64,000 nt of DNA from Negaprion brevirostris (lineage: Eukaryota), in assembly GCA_030324005.1 (NCBI GenBank), contig JARDVH010000115.1, positions 39,554,587-39,618,586 on the forward strand. Reading direction: 5' to 3'. Both the position numbers and the translations under genes were made by a program. Below the pieces are notes generated by a model, which was not told the DNA's origin, did no database searches, and was given only the letters and a program-made list of their open reading frames with translations. Shown here in pieces: positions 1-12,444 of the stretch (positions within the stretch are counted from its first letter, which is position 1; the number at the start of each line of letters is the position of its first letter).

Positions 1-870
1 TGTCCATCACCAAGAATGGCTCGGTAGCCAAACTGGCAGAGTTATGCAGGACATATCTGCCAGGCTGGGCATGTAGCAGGTGAGAACAGAAGTGACAAGA
101 TGAAAAAGCTACCTGACCTTGCCCTCATTAACCTGACCATTCAGAGACTATTCCTTCAGTTTGACCACATGCTTCCACCATATCTACAATCTGCTCCCTG
201 CCTGAAACATTCCAACCAACTGCAGTAGATGCATTACCTGCCATTCACCATGTCCTACATTACTGTCCAGAAGCCCAAAACACTCCTGGGGAAGATAGCA
301 ATTTACAACGTGTCTTCCAATTAAAATACTTTTTTCACTGCTCATGGTGTAGTCCCCACAATAATGGAGATATCAAACTCCATGTGATACCAGGTAACAG
401 CTAAAGGCACTGAATTCTGCAAAAGCCGAAATGGGCCCTGATAGTATTCCAGCAACAGTACTGAAAACAAACTCCAGAACTTGCCGTTCCATTATATTTA
501 CAAAACTGACATTTACCTGGCAATGTGGAAAATTGCCCAGATTATGTCCTGGATACTAAAAGCAGGCCATATTCATCGCAGCCAATTACCACCCCATCAG
601 TTTACTCATGATCATCAGTAAAATGACGGAAGGGGTCAACAGCACCGCCAAGTGGCACTTACTCAGTAATAATCTGCTCATGGACACTGATTTTGGGTTC
701 CGCGAGGGTCACTCAGCTCTTCACTTCATTATAGCCTTGGTTTAAACATTGACAAGAGTGCTGAATGTCAGAGTTGAGATGAAAGCGACTACCCTGGACG
801 TCAATGCAGTCTTTGATAGAGTGTGACATCAGAGAACCCAAGCAAAGCTGGATTCACTGGGAATCAGGGA
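1..870 (+). mobile_element. Decayed CR1-group LINE, family B (EN/RT fragments)
   Basis: Degenerate reading of ...MWKIAQ...ANYHPISLL.IISKM.EGV...FGFR.GHSA..LI.ALV...ALDV.AVFDRV, typical of a non-LTR RT. Confidence 0.8.
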
Positions 871-2440
871 GGATACTGGCAGCAGAATGAAACTTACCAC
901 TGAGTTCCACCTGCTTTTTCAGTTTGGTGAACAACACAAAATGAGACGAGTAGACCATATGGCCCCTCAACCCTGTTCTACCATTTCCTACCATTATGGC
1001 TAATCTGCTGCCTCAACTTGACTTCCCTGTCACTCCCCATATCTCTTGATTCCTGGGAGAAATCAAAAACTTTTCACCCCAATTATCTGTGGTCAGCGTG
1101 GAACAACTTGAGTGGTTCTAACTTTATGAATGATCCACATATGAAATGTTAAATCATCTGTTCCCCATGATGATGCTTGGCTGTGCTGAGTGCTTCCAAC
1201 ATCATCTATTTTTCGTTTTGGAATGTTAAACATTATGTGCACAGAGGTCAGAAACAATGCAAGTAGAGAGAAGGAGTGAGAAGGGGAATGTTAGAGATAC
1301 TTACAACTGGGGTTTTTTTAATTAGTATTCATTACTGCAAATGTAACTAGAGTAAATTAATATTTATTAGGGAATTAATAACAATATAGGTTCCTACTGA
1401 ACTGTGCATGAGCAAGACAACACTTCAAATCAAATTACTTATCGGCAGAAAAATGTTGCACACAGACAGGGAGAAAGCGGGAAAGTGGAACTGATCCACT
1501 TCAGATCAGCCACGATCTTACTGAATGGCGGGGCAGGCTCGAAGGNNNNNNNNNNNNNNNNNNNNNNNNNNNNNNNNNNNNNNNNNNNNNNNNNNNNNNN
1601 NNNNNNNNNNNNNNNNNNNNNNNNNNNNNNNNNNNNNNNNNNNNNTGTTAACATTTAAAGAGAAATCTAAACACCTAATTTTAACTGAAAGACTTATGCC
1701 ACAGGATTTCACTTCTTTTAAATAAATATAGTAAATTAAACAAAGCTAATGCAAATAGATTAGCACTATAGCTTATGCTCACATAAGCCTGGCCTTAGGT
1801 ATTTTTAAAACAATTTACTCCTGAGCTCCAGCCATTCTTAAAGGTAAAAAATGAATTTTCATCTCTTGACTGAGGATGCCTCAGTCTCTTGTTTATATTA
1901 CTTGTCAATATTTCCAAGATAATCTGTTGGTTGCTTTCTTTGCCACAAGATACTGGGAGGAGCACAGTGAATTATGCACTCATTTCAAACTCAGCATTGT
2001 TTCACCTTCTGTACCCTTACAACATTCAAATTGAGATTAAGCTTCACTCGCAATCCATATGTAATTTTTTTTTACTCTGTTTACAGTGCAGGTCCAGCTA
2101 ACTGTCATTTACTTTGGCTATCTTCTCTCTGTGACCTGCAAACTGTATGAGGTGTTCCTTTATATAGTCTCATCAAGTTTCAATCTGTCTTCGATTTCCA
2201 AACTTCAGGTTCTGTTTTTTCCCTTTGCAACTGGGAGAGTGAGTTTTCTTTCAGTGTTTCCCTTTTCAGTTTCCATTTTAGTTTCTATTTTTAGATAGGT
2301 CATGCAAATATTGCATTATTGCACTATCCCTTCTATTCTGACCTTTTAAGTGTAATAACCTCCCAGCTTGTTTGTGTTGCATTTACCCCATTTTCTACAA
2401 TTAAAACTTGAATTCTTAAAGCTATAAGTCTAAAACACAT

Positions 2441-3183
2441 GGGCCTGGAATTTCCTTGGAGTGGCAATCACCCGTGACTTACCTTTGCTGGAATTCCAAA
2501 GCTCTTATCTCGCCCCACCTTCGTCACTGATGCTGGGTGAGACAGGAACAGCAAAGCAGCTCCCTCTGGGGCTTCAGCAGCAAGGTATATGTGGAGTGCA
2601 ATGAAGGACGACATGCCCCCTTTTTATGGTACAGGCTGCTGTAAATCAAATGACTTTGAAGAGACCATTGAATGGGAGGATAAGTTTCAAAGGTAAATGA
2701 ACAGAATGTGATGATGGGGTTCAGACATTAGTTGGGGAAGGTGTTGTATCAAGTTGGTCAAGGGAGGGGGCTTGGGTGTGGGGTATGTGGGGTTAGGTGT
2801 CGGGCCAGGCACAGTGGGGAGACTGTCCAATGTCAGGTCATGGAGGGTGAGGTAGGGGCGGTATGCATGGTCTCTAGCGGGTGAGGGAAGTCCAGTACAA
2901 GACTTGGTCTGGGACTTTAAAATAGTTACCCTGAAGTTGGAAGTGCTGTATTACCTTCCAACTCTCTCAGAGTAACTGTAAGAGTAAAACTGACAAAACC
3001 ATCCAAAGTTAGTGATTTTAAATTGTTTCATCGGATGGTTCCCAGCCTACTGCAATTGTTTCGGGGGAAGTGAGTTCTTCGTTGCCAGGTAAGCCATTAT
3101 GTAGGGGCTTCCAAGAAGGATTCCCAGTGCATCATTGGGGCACTCCCCAAATTTGACCCTGGGGAGCCAGAAAGTTATGATCC
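2441..3183. mobile_element. Possible non-autonomous DNA transposon (MITE-like)
   Basis: Degenerate inverted ends (atgggcctggaatttcc ... cagaaagttatgatccat) around a GC-richer non-coding core. Confidence 0.35.
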
Positions 3184-3409
3184 ATGAATGTGATCTCAAT
3201 ATTTAGAACATTTACTAACTCCTTATTCCTCCCAGTGAAAGAAAGATAATGTTAATGTTAGGCAAACCTTTCAGTTCAGAATTGCAATAGTATTTATGCA
3301 AACTGTTTGGAAACAGTGTCTGGCATCCTCAGGACTAATGCTATATCGTATTTCAAATCTTGCCAAATTCTGGGTCAGGTGATTTAGACCAAGGGCAATT
3401 CAAGTCAAG

Positions 3410-3607
3410 ATATGGAGATGCCACTGTTGGACTGGGATAAGCACAGTAAGAAATCTCACAACACCAGGTTAAAGTCCAACAGGTTTATTTGGTAGCATAA
3501 GCCAACACCAGGTTAAAGTCCAACAGCTTTATTTGGTTGCATAAGCCACAAGCTTATGCTACCAAATAAACCTGTTGGACTTTAACCTGGTGTTGTGAGA
3601 CCTCTTA
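3410..3607. mobile_element. Penelope-like terminal-repeat fold-back insertion with 14-bp TSD
   Basis: Direct repeat caattcaagtcaag at 3396-3409 and 3608-3621. A 44-nt unit occurs twice in tandem and once inverted. The unit resembles shark Penelope pLTR ends as I recall them. Confidence 0.75.
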
Positions 3608-4734
3608 CAATTCAAGTCAAGCCAGGGAAGGACAAAACTAGTACCAAGCCAAATTGTCCAGGTATTTTTAAGAATTATTTTACTCAATTAAATTGATGCA
3701 TCAAACATTCTGAAATGTCCAGTTTTCGTTCAGTTCTGGTTTTTGAACAGTCAGATGGGAGACAATGTTCTATAGTATGAATGATAATCGGTTCTGCTTG
3801 GTAAGTTTGGATCTATCATAAAGGAGAAGGAATTGTTCTGGTTGCCAGGTGTTACAAATGCCACTACAAAATCTCAACCACTTTGTTCCAATTGGAAAAA
3901 CATTTATTGTTTGAACTCAATGGAAATGTGCCTAAGTGTGCTGCTGTTGTGTGTAATCCTGTTTAAAGAGGAACACTTGATGAGAGAGGAATTTCAATAT
4001 AAAAGCATAATCCACTGGAAGTTTAGTTTAAACTATATATTAATTTCTCCTTTTTTGGAGAAGTAGTGCTACATTTTCAAAGTTAAAGGCCTGTTGTTTT
4101 GAAGACTCTACAGATACATGTAATGGATTTAATGGTGCATGGCATTATATGGAAATTAATATTTGCTCGTGTCATGAATACCAATTTTGAGATACTAATG
4201 GAATGAAAAGGCATGCTATCAGACCCAGCATTGAGTTGGAAATGCAGTGACTCTTTATTCAGATAAAGCCACCTCATGGCATGTCAAACAAGTTTCCATT
4301 ATTCATTCCCTTAATTTGGCAGAGAATCTCAGCAGGCTATTCAATGTTAAGGTGCTAATAACCAAACCGACTCCTGACTCTCCTCGACCAACATCTTCAA
4401 ATAGTAGTCAGAATGGAGAATTTGTGTGATTTTCTCTTTCCTTGCGAAGGGTCACTCATTCACTTGTAGCACCCCTATTCAGCTCAGCTGAAATCATCTA
4501 TCATCGTGCAGATTTGAGATCAGGGATATGCCTACTTTGATCTGTATAGCTGTGCAATTCACTGATCCTTCAGTGGAGCAAAAAAGATGGATGCCTTTTC
4601 CAGTGAATATCCCTTTTGATTCTGTTCAGGTGATACTAGACAATTTTTTTTTAACTTCACGTAGCATTAAAATAATGGCCTGAATTTTGTAGTTGTGATA
4701 GCAAAACTGTCAGCATTCATCATTTGGACATGGA

Positions 4735-5025
4735 CTGCTTCAGTGGTTACCAACGGTGCTAAACATTATGCAATCAGCAGCAAACATCCCACTTCTGATC
4801 TTGTAATGAAGCAGTTGGAGGTTGGGCACTACCCTGAGGAACTCTTGCAATGATTTCCTTGAGTTGAGATGATTGACCTCCAACAATCGTAACCACCTTC
4901 TGTGTGACACCAATCAGCAAAGAGTTTTCCATGACTCCCACTGAATCCAGTTTTGCTGACATTCATTGTGCCACACAGTCAAATGCGGCCTTGATGTCAA
5001 GGACAGTCACTCTCACCTCATCTCT
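4735..5025 (-). mobile_element. CR1-group LINE family B RT fragment
   Basis: ORF 4774-4962 reads AKLDSVGV...VVTIVGGQSSQLKEIIARVPQGS (GVPQGS motif). Confidence 0.75.
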
Positions 5026-5989
5026 TCATTTAACTCTCCTCAACAATGTCTTTCACTTCTTCCCTTTCTAAAAGCTATATACATTACAGTTTATCAAATG
5101 CGGAAAAATAAAATAACTCAAGTATCTAGACACAATTATCAATTTGCACCATTACCTGCTTTGGAATCCTTACAATCAATCAATCTAATTTAACAGCATT
5201 CTATAAATCTGTACAGAAATAGGTGGATCTTGAATGCAGTAGATATGTTCGTATCAATCTAATGCTAAACAACAGGCATCCTTGCCTGGAAACTCCAATA
5301 TTTGAAAATGTAAGCATGCAATTAAGTTTAGGCTCTGTTGCCCTGACATAATTCAATTAAAAGGGAGATAATTTTGGTTAAAACTGGTCAGAAATTAAAC
5401 TTTTAAAATGCTAATTAGAAAAACTATCCAGAAATATCAAGGAATATAATCACTTATGGCTTACTCTTTTTTTAAATAACTGAAAAAAATGAGTGTAGCA
5501 TTGAATGCTGTTCAGTCTCTGCTTAGCATCAATGTACAGTTCTTGTCCTTTCTTTGGATGAATATATTTGCACATGCTACCAGCTAACTGATTCAAGTTG
5601 GTTTAGTCAAGTGAATTTTAGTGTTACCCCGATCAAGGCAATTTATGATTAATTACAACAGCACGTTTTAAACTAGGTATGCAAGCAATTTTCAAATTAC
5701 GTCTGTCCTTCTCAATAATACCCATCCTTTTTAGATTAGTGCACAAAATGTCCTTAAGTTTAACCAACTTGCATATGAAGTATTTTCTTAAAAATGATAA
5801 ACAGCTCTACAAGTTTGGTTTAAGTTTACACAATGAAAATTCATTGAAGGAAATGCTTGAATAGGGGTATCAAAGAGTTCCAACACATAATTCTTTGAAA
5901 CCACAGGTAGATAAAACCACAAAAAGACCAAAAACATTATTTTTAATAGGGGAACAGAGCAACGAGGCAAGAATGTATACAATGCAATG

Positions 5990-6480
5990 GGTAGGACACA
6001 GTTACAGAATTGTGTACAGTTGTGAAACTCCATTATAGGAGGGCAGTAAAATCATTGAAACTGTTGACTTGCCAGAATGACAACAGCATATTCACTGAGG
6101 AGAGATGAGACACTGTGACTCAGTGACACTCCCACCAGTGTAAAGAACTCTAAGAGGATTTTTTTTAAATATGAATTTTGATAAAGCGAATAGGAAAAGA
6201 TGATTTCCTCTGGTTGAGTCGTCAGTGGAAAGGGATCAATTAAAAATGCCATTAAAAAACAAGGGGAGATTAGCAGAAATTTCTTAGCGTAGGAGAGTTA
6301 CTGGAGCATGGATTGCTTTGCTGCAGGGAGTAGTTGAAACAGATTCTTGCTTTTAAGGGAAAACAGATAGATAAACAAAATGAAGGAATATGCAGGGCTA
6401 GACAGAACAGTAATTTAATTTGGATTGCTGAACAAAGTGCTAACATGAGTCAAGTAGCTTTGCCCTGTTAACTTCTACAA
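5990..6480 (+). mobile_element. Old CR1 3' fragment
   Basis: Degenerate CR1 ORF2 end and 3'UTR (cacagttacagaattgtgtacagtt...tggattgctttgctgcaggga). Confidence 0.55.
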
Positions 6481-6779
6481 AGATGTGAGCAATATGATTG
6501 AAGATACATACATATTTCACATATATAATAGTCAGTGTCTCCATTCCCTAGATGTTTTCCTTGAATCAAAGCTTATTCAATTTAAGTGGAAATACTAGCA
6601 TCAAAAAATTCCTCATGAAGGAATCAATATTTTTGAATTTTTTGTTCATATTTTTCCAAGCTATCACCTGAACAGGTGATCTTTGGATGACCAGAGATTG
6701 TAACATTTAAAGTGCATAATGTATCTAGCTTAGCTATATTAGATGCTGTCCAAGAACCTGTCTGGCATATTAACAGGTC

Positions 6780-8010
6780 ACACTGATCAGTGTGAACAGC
6801 AGATAGGGAGGACAGAGGCTCAGTGATGCTGAAATACTTCTATACTACTGAAGAAGCTGAGCCTCAGAGAAGGCTGATGATAGTAATAAGTCTATAAAAC
6901 TGACAGATGACAGATGGCACAAAGAAAAGCCTTTGAATAGTGGGATGCTACTAGAACTGGAATGGTGTTGACAGCTCTCTGCTGGGTACAGTCTTATGAA
7001 TCTAGAAGGATGCAGTCTCAGGAGAAGCGAATGAACAACTGAGGGCAAGAAGTTGTTAGGGCAGTTTGAGTTCGAGCTGCTGTTGAGGGAAATCAAAGAC
7101 TAGATCCTCAAAATAAAGCGGTTTAAATCCCTTAAGAAATTGTTTTCCTTAGTGGAGGATTTGAGAACCGGGGACATAGATTCAAGATAAATGGTAGTAG
7201 GTGTAGAGAGGATGAGGAAGAACTCTTTTTTGTGTAAGTGGTGGTGGTGGTGGGCATCTGGAATTTCGGTGCCCGAGTTTGTGATGGAGGCAGACCCTCA
7301 ACCGTAAGTACCTGGATCTACATCTTAAAAGTTATAAGCTGTAGGGCTATGGGCTGGGTGCTGAAAGGTAAGGTTAAGAAAGGGCTCCTAGGTGTCCTCG
7401 AACTGGCAAGGAGAAGATAGGCCAAATGGTCTCCTTCTGTGCTGTAATTTTTCTATGACTCAATGAGGAAGACAAAGTTTGAAGAATTTTTGTGACTTAC
7501 TGATGTCTGTGTGAATTGCTGAAGAAAGCCATGCAATCTGTCTTTGTTGTGTCTGTCATTCCATATGCAGTTTCTGGCATATCTGACCACAGTTTGCTAA
7601 TACATGTTCACCACATGTTAACTCTGGATGTTGAGTACAAGGTGGACTGTGCTGATTGTTCACTTTGCAGATTTTTGTATAATAAATTAATTCTGTTTGT
7701 TTAAAACTGCAAAATCTTGTGGGTCTATTCTCCAAGTAATTGGGATTTCATATCTTGCCTACAAAAAAATTTCTAAACAGATCTTGGTGAAATTTGGAGT
7801 TCTTGTCCAGATCCGAACCAAAGTTTAGGTTTGACAAATTCAGCTTTGACATAAGGTCATCTGATTCCAAACGACAGCTTTTTTCTCTCCTTTCAAATGC
7901 TGCCAGACCTGCTTAGATTTTCCAGCATTTTCTCTTTTGGTTTCAGATTCCAGCTTCTGCAGTAATTTGCTTTTAACCAAAATTTGGGGTCTGGTCTGGG
8001 ATCATAATAT
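6780..8010 (+). mobile_element. LTR-like element interrupted by a CR1 3' end (~7130-7460) and a Penelope-derived fragment (~7825-7975)
   Basis: AATAAA at 7681 and a terminus ggggtctggtctgggatcataata resembling the end of the 16.3-17.0 kb LTR. 5' boundary uncertain. Confidence 0.45.
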
Positions 8011-8493
8011 CCTCTTTCATTTGCTTCAGGACTAACTAGAAAAGATTTTATAATCAACTATACATAATAATTGGTATATCACTCTATAATAGAATTATTT
8101 CAAAAGATGGTATCATGGGAGATGACTTTCATGTGGGAGACTTGATAATCCATAAAGTAAGAAGCCCAAAACTATGGCACTGATCAACATAAATGGAAAA
8201 ATGATTACAGCAATATGGTCATTGTGGAATATTGCTCAGTTTTACTTTCTTGCCACCTGCCACAAGTCAAGTGTGGTAGCTGTCCTTCAGCGCTATTGAT
8301 GGTGGATGCAAGTCCCCTATCTAGCATGCATCGTCCCCATGCTATGCTCTATGGTCCACCTGCACCAAACATACATAAAAACTTGGATACTCAAAAAATC
8401 CCTCAAAGTGGGGATCAACTTATACACCGAATATAGAAGTGAACTATTGATGTGGGTTGTTATTATTGTGAAATGTCATCAGCATCCGACGAA

Positions 8494-8840
8494 GGGCAGC
8501 ACAGTGAATAACGCTGTCATCTCAAATCACTAGGGATCTGGGTTCAATTCCAGCCTTGGGTGAATGTCTGTGTGGAGTTTGCACATTTTCCCTGTGTCGG
8601 CATGGGTTTCCTCCAAGTGCTAAGTTTCTTCCCTAAGACGTGAGGTTAGGTGGACTGTCCAAGCTAAATTGCCCCTTACTGTCCCACGATCTGTAGGTTA
8701 GCTGGATTAGCCATGGTAAACTTATGGGGTTACAAGGATATGATGGGGGAAGTGGGTCTGGTAAGATAATCTATCAAGAGTCAGTGCAGACTCAATGGGC
8801 TGAATGGCCTCTTCTGCACTTTCGAGGCTCCATGGTTCTA
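8494..8840 (+). mobile_element. tRNA-derived V-SINE (HE1-like)
   Basis: gggcagcacagtg head, B box ggttcaattcc, central tgtgtggagtttgcacatt...gggtttcctcc domain, CR1-like tail gggctgaatggcctcttctgcact. Confidence 0.85.
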
Positions 8841-9199
8841 AAAGTCGTAAGCTCCTGCATGCACTCTGCCATCATCTGTTTGAGCCTTTGCACCCAAATA
8901 TAAGGTTCTGGTAAGGAAATATGCATTTGTGGGGAGAGAAATTGCGGCTGACTGCTGCACATGATGTGGGAAAATTTTTTTCTTATCTGGTTGAGGTCCA
9001 GAATGCACTGCCTGGAAGTGTGGTGGAGGCAGGTGCAATCAAAACATTCAAGAAGACATTATTTCTATTCATATAATTATCTAATGTGCAAGGATATTGG
9101 ACAAGGCAGGGGAATGGCACAAAGTCATAACATTCATTTGGAGACACAATAGGCCAAATGGCCTCCTTCTGTGCCATAATACTTATTGATTCTTCACAC

Positions 9200-11303
9200 T
9201 CTTATACTGTCCTTCCATGATAACACGTATGGGACCATACAGTGCGATAGTTCCACCTGACAGTTTGAAGATCAAAGATGGGGTCAAACATACTTGAATC
9301 TATCTTAGCCCCTACATGATTTGGTACCTTTTCCTCAGTCTTGCTGACTTAGATTTTCCTGCTGACATGAAGGAAACTCCTCAATCTCATCAAGATTGAA
9401 AGCCAAGACAAAGCGCAGAATGCCTTGATCAGAGAACTTGGAGATGATACAGTTTCCTCTTCCAAATCATTCATATATAATCTGAGCAGTTGGGGTTCTA
9501 GCACAGATCCCTGTAGAGCCCCACTAGTCACTGACTGCCAATCAGAAGATGACCCATTTATGTCAACTCTTTGCTTCCTATATGCTAACCAGCTTTCTAT
9601 CCATCTTAAAACGTTATCTGCAATCCCATGTGCATTAATTTTACACAGTAGTTTGTTATGTGAGACCTTGTTGAAAGCCTTCTGAAAGTTTAAATAAGCT
9701 ACATCCACTCGTTTTCCTCGGTCAACTCTGCTAGTTACATCCTCAAAAACTTCCAATAGATACGTTGAGCACAATTTCCCTTTTATAAATCCATGCTGAC
9801 TTTGACTTCCAAATGCTGAGTTATGAAATCCTTGACAAGACTCTAGTAATTTCCCCAGTACCAACATTAGGCTCACTGATCTATAGTTCCCTCCTTTTTC
9901 TCTACTTTCCTTTTTGAATAGCAGGCTTACATTAGCTACCCTCCATTTCCAGAGTCCAAAGGATTTTGGAAAACAGCCACCAATGAATCTGCTATTTCCA
10001 GGGCTACTTCCTTAAATACTCTAGGATGAAGGTCAACAGGATCTGGAGATTTATCCATCTCTAATCCCATCAATTTCCCCAAAATCATTTTGTTACTAAT
10101 GCTGATCTCCTTCAGCTTCTCATAAAATATGCTGTACTTCTGGTACATTACTCAAGTCTTCCTTTGTGAAGACCGAAGCAAAATACAAATTTAATTCCTT
10201 AGCTATTTCTTTATTCCTCATTATGAATTCTCCTGTTTCTGACTGCAAGAGGCATACATTCGTTTTTGTCAATCTTTTCCTCTTTAGATAACTATAGGAA
10301 ATTTTCCTCAATGTTTAGTTGCCATCCTTGCTCACTTTGGAGGCACTTTTATTTTCCCTTTTCTACTTTTTTTTTAAACTCAGTCCTTTTCAGACTCTGG
10401 CCCTTGATTTCTCTGCCTTTCACTTTCCTCATTCTTCCTGAAGTCTTTTCCTCTTGTTCTTAATTCCCCAAGCTCTGAATCCTTGCAAAGGTTCCCATCT
10501 CCCAGGCATGTTAATTTAAGCCCTTCCCAACAACTCTAGCAAGTACACCCCCTCCCAGGTGGAACTCATCCAGTTTGTACAGGTCCCATTGCCCCCAGAA
10601 CCAGTCCCAGTGTCCTAGAAATCTGAAACCCTCCCCCTCCCACCAACTTTTCAGCCAAGTATTTATCTTATGTGTCCTGCTGTTTCTATTCTAACATGTA
10701 CCTTTGGAGGTCCTACTTTTCAGATTGCTTTCTAGCTCCCTATGTTCTGCTTTTAGGAGCTCATCTCTTTTTTTCCACTTATGTTGTTTGCACCAACATG
10801 TACTACCACAACTGGCCGTTCTGCCCTCCCCCTTCAGAATGTCCTGCAGCCGTTCCAAGATATCCTTGACCCAGCACCAGGAAGGCAACACATCCTTAAG
10901 TCTTGTTTACGGCCACAGAAATACCTGTCCACTCCCGTTACAACTGAATCCCCTATAATTATACCTCCACCTCCAGTGTCTACAAGTCCTTCTTGGCATC
11001 ACATAGAAAGACAACGTCACCAATGAAGCAGCCCTTTTTGAGGCAAACATGCCAAGCATGCTAGCGCTAATCAAGCAAAGAAGGCTTTGCTGGTTTGAGC
11101 GTGTGCACAGGATGGAAGATAGCCACAATCCCAAGTATAAACTAGATGGAATGTAGCCTGTGCCAAGAGACCAGCAGGGAGCCCAAAGCTCTGATTCAAG
11201 GATGCTGTCAAAAGAAACATGAAAGCACTCAACATTAATGACCTTAAGTGGGAAACTCTAGCTGATGATTAATGCAAATGGCAACATCTGCTGTGGACAG
11301 GTA
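9200..11303 (+). mobile_element. RTE-clade LINE remnant split by a CR1 insertion (RTE parts ~9200-9440 and ~10990-11303)
   Basis: Degenerate RTE peptides SFHDN.YGTIQ...IKDGVK, RLKAKTK...LIREL and GIT.KDNVTNE...MPSMLALIKQRRL.W...VHRMED. Confidence 0.75.
9445..10980 (-). mobile_element. CR1 (HER1-like, family A) LINE fragment: RT plus ORF1 esterase-like part
   Basis: ORF 9349-9876 has QHGFIKGK.CSTYLLE.FEDVT...DVAYLNFQKAFNKVSH...SGALQGSVL. ORF 10691-10891 resembles CR1 ORF1. Confidence 0.9.
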
Positions 11304-11485
11304 NNNNNNNNNNNNNNNNNNNNNNNNNNNNNNNNNNNNNNNNNNNNNNNNNNNNNNNNNNNNNNNNNNNNNNNNNNNNNNNNNNNNNNNNNNNNNNNNN
11401 NNNNNNNNNNNNNNNNNNNNNNNNNNNNNNNNNNNNNNNNNNNNNNNNNNNNNNNNNNNNNNNNNNNNNNNNNNNNNNNNNNNNN

Positions 11486-11564
11486 CAGTTTCGCCACTCT
11501 CCTTTGGATGCGTTCATCCAGCATCTTCAGCTCCTCAATATGATTCACGAATTCTTCCAAAAGC
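11486..11564 (-). CDS. EXOC5: EXOC5 coding exon 3, partial (R-LLEEFVNHIEELKMLDERIQRRVAKL...); 3' part lost in gap 11304-11485
   Basis: Acceptor ttttatgcaacag|G completes the split Arg codon from exon 2. The peptide matches human LLEEFVNHIQELQIMDERIQRKVEKL. Confidence 0.93.
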
Positions 11565-11629
11565 CTGTTGCATAAAAGTATGTTCATTCAATATGTTCAC
11601 ATACTAGTTTTACAGCACCATATCAACAA

Positions 11630-11980
11630 TCGCTACTTCTCTCCACATTTTCATAACCTTATTATGGACAAATGCATCAATATCACTGCCCTAGCTAAAA
11701 GTTGGCTCAAAAGTGATAAAGTTAAATCCCTTATTGAAACATCCTGCTTGGCGACACTACCCATGATCGCCCTCAACTAAACAATAGCAGTGCCAGATCA
11801 ATCAATATCACTAAATCACACCTCAGTCTCTCCCCCTTCCTGCTGCCACATCAACAAACCTCCACCCCGCAACTATTTCTTCTTTAAAATCCTAATTCTT
11901 TACTGCTCTCTAAACATCACTCCAAATTTTGCTTTCTTTCCGCTTGGTTATCTCCATAATTTTTTCCTTTGACCTCTGAT
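11630..11980 (+). mobile_element. L2-like endonuclease fragment
   Basis: HNLIMDKCINITALAKSWL resembles the APE-EN motif D.I.ALTETWL. Confidence 0.45.
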
Positions 11981-12444
11981 ATTGTCCGTACACCAATGCA
12001 TTTTGAATCACCCAGTGAAACGAGATTCTAAGGGCAGATAGGATAAACCAATTTAATCTCAATTTGGGGAAGTGAGGGATTAGGAAAATGAAAAGTAGAA
12101 AGCTCAACAGAAGTGCTGTGGTAGTCATTCAAAACAAAGGTAATGATCAATGAGCTTCCCAGTCAGAACACCTATGCAGAAATTAAAAGAGTCATCATGC
12201 TCAGTTTACAGGAACAAGGCCCAGTTACTCATCTATAGTGAGACCTTATAAAGATATACACAGGTGTTGCTCCAACATACATTAGCTGTAGCCCTGGGAA
12301 AAAGCCCATACTGTTCGTCCAGATATCCTCAGGTATCTCCCAGCCACAAATGAGAGCATGGTTCTGACATTGGACACTGTCCACAAAAGGCACGTGGATT
12401 CACAGCAGCCTGGAGTCTGTGTAGGCACATGGGAAGATTTTCTT

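Noticed and set aside
3459-3595. Repeated 44-mers resembling a CRISPR-like array
   Set aside because: No spacers, one copy is inverted, the context is vertebrate and there are no cas genes. A retroelement terminus explains it.
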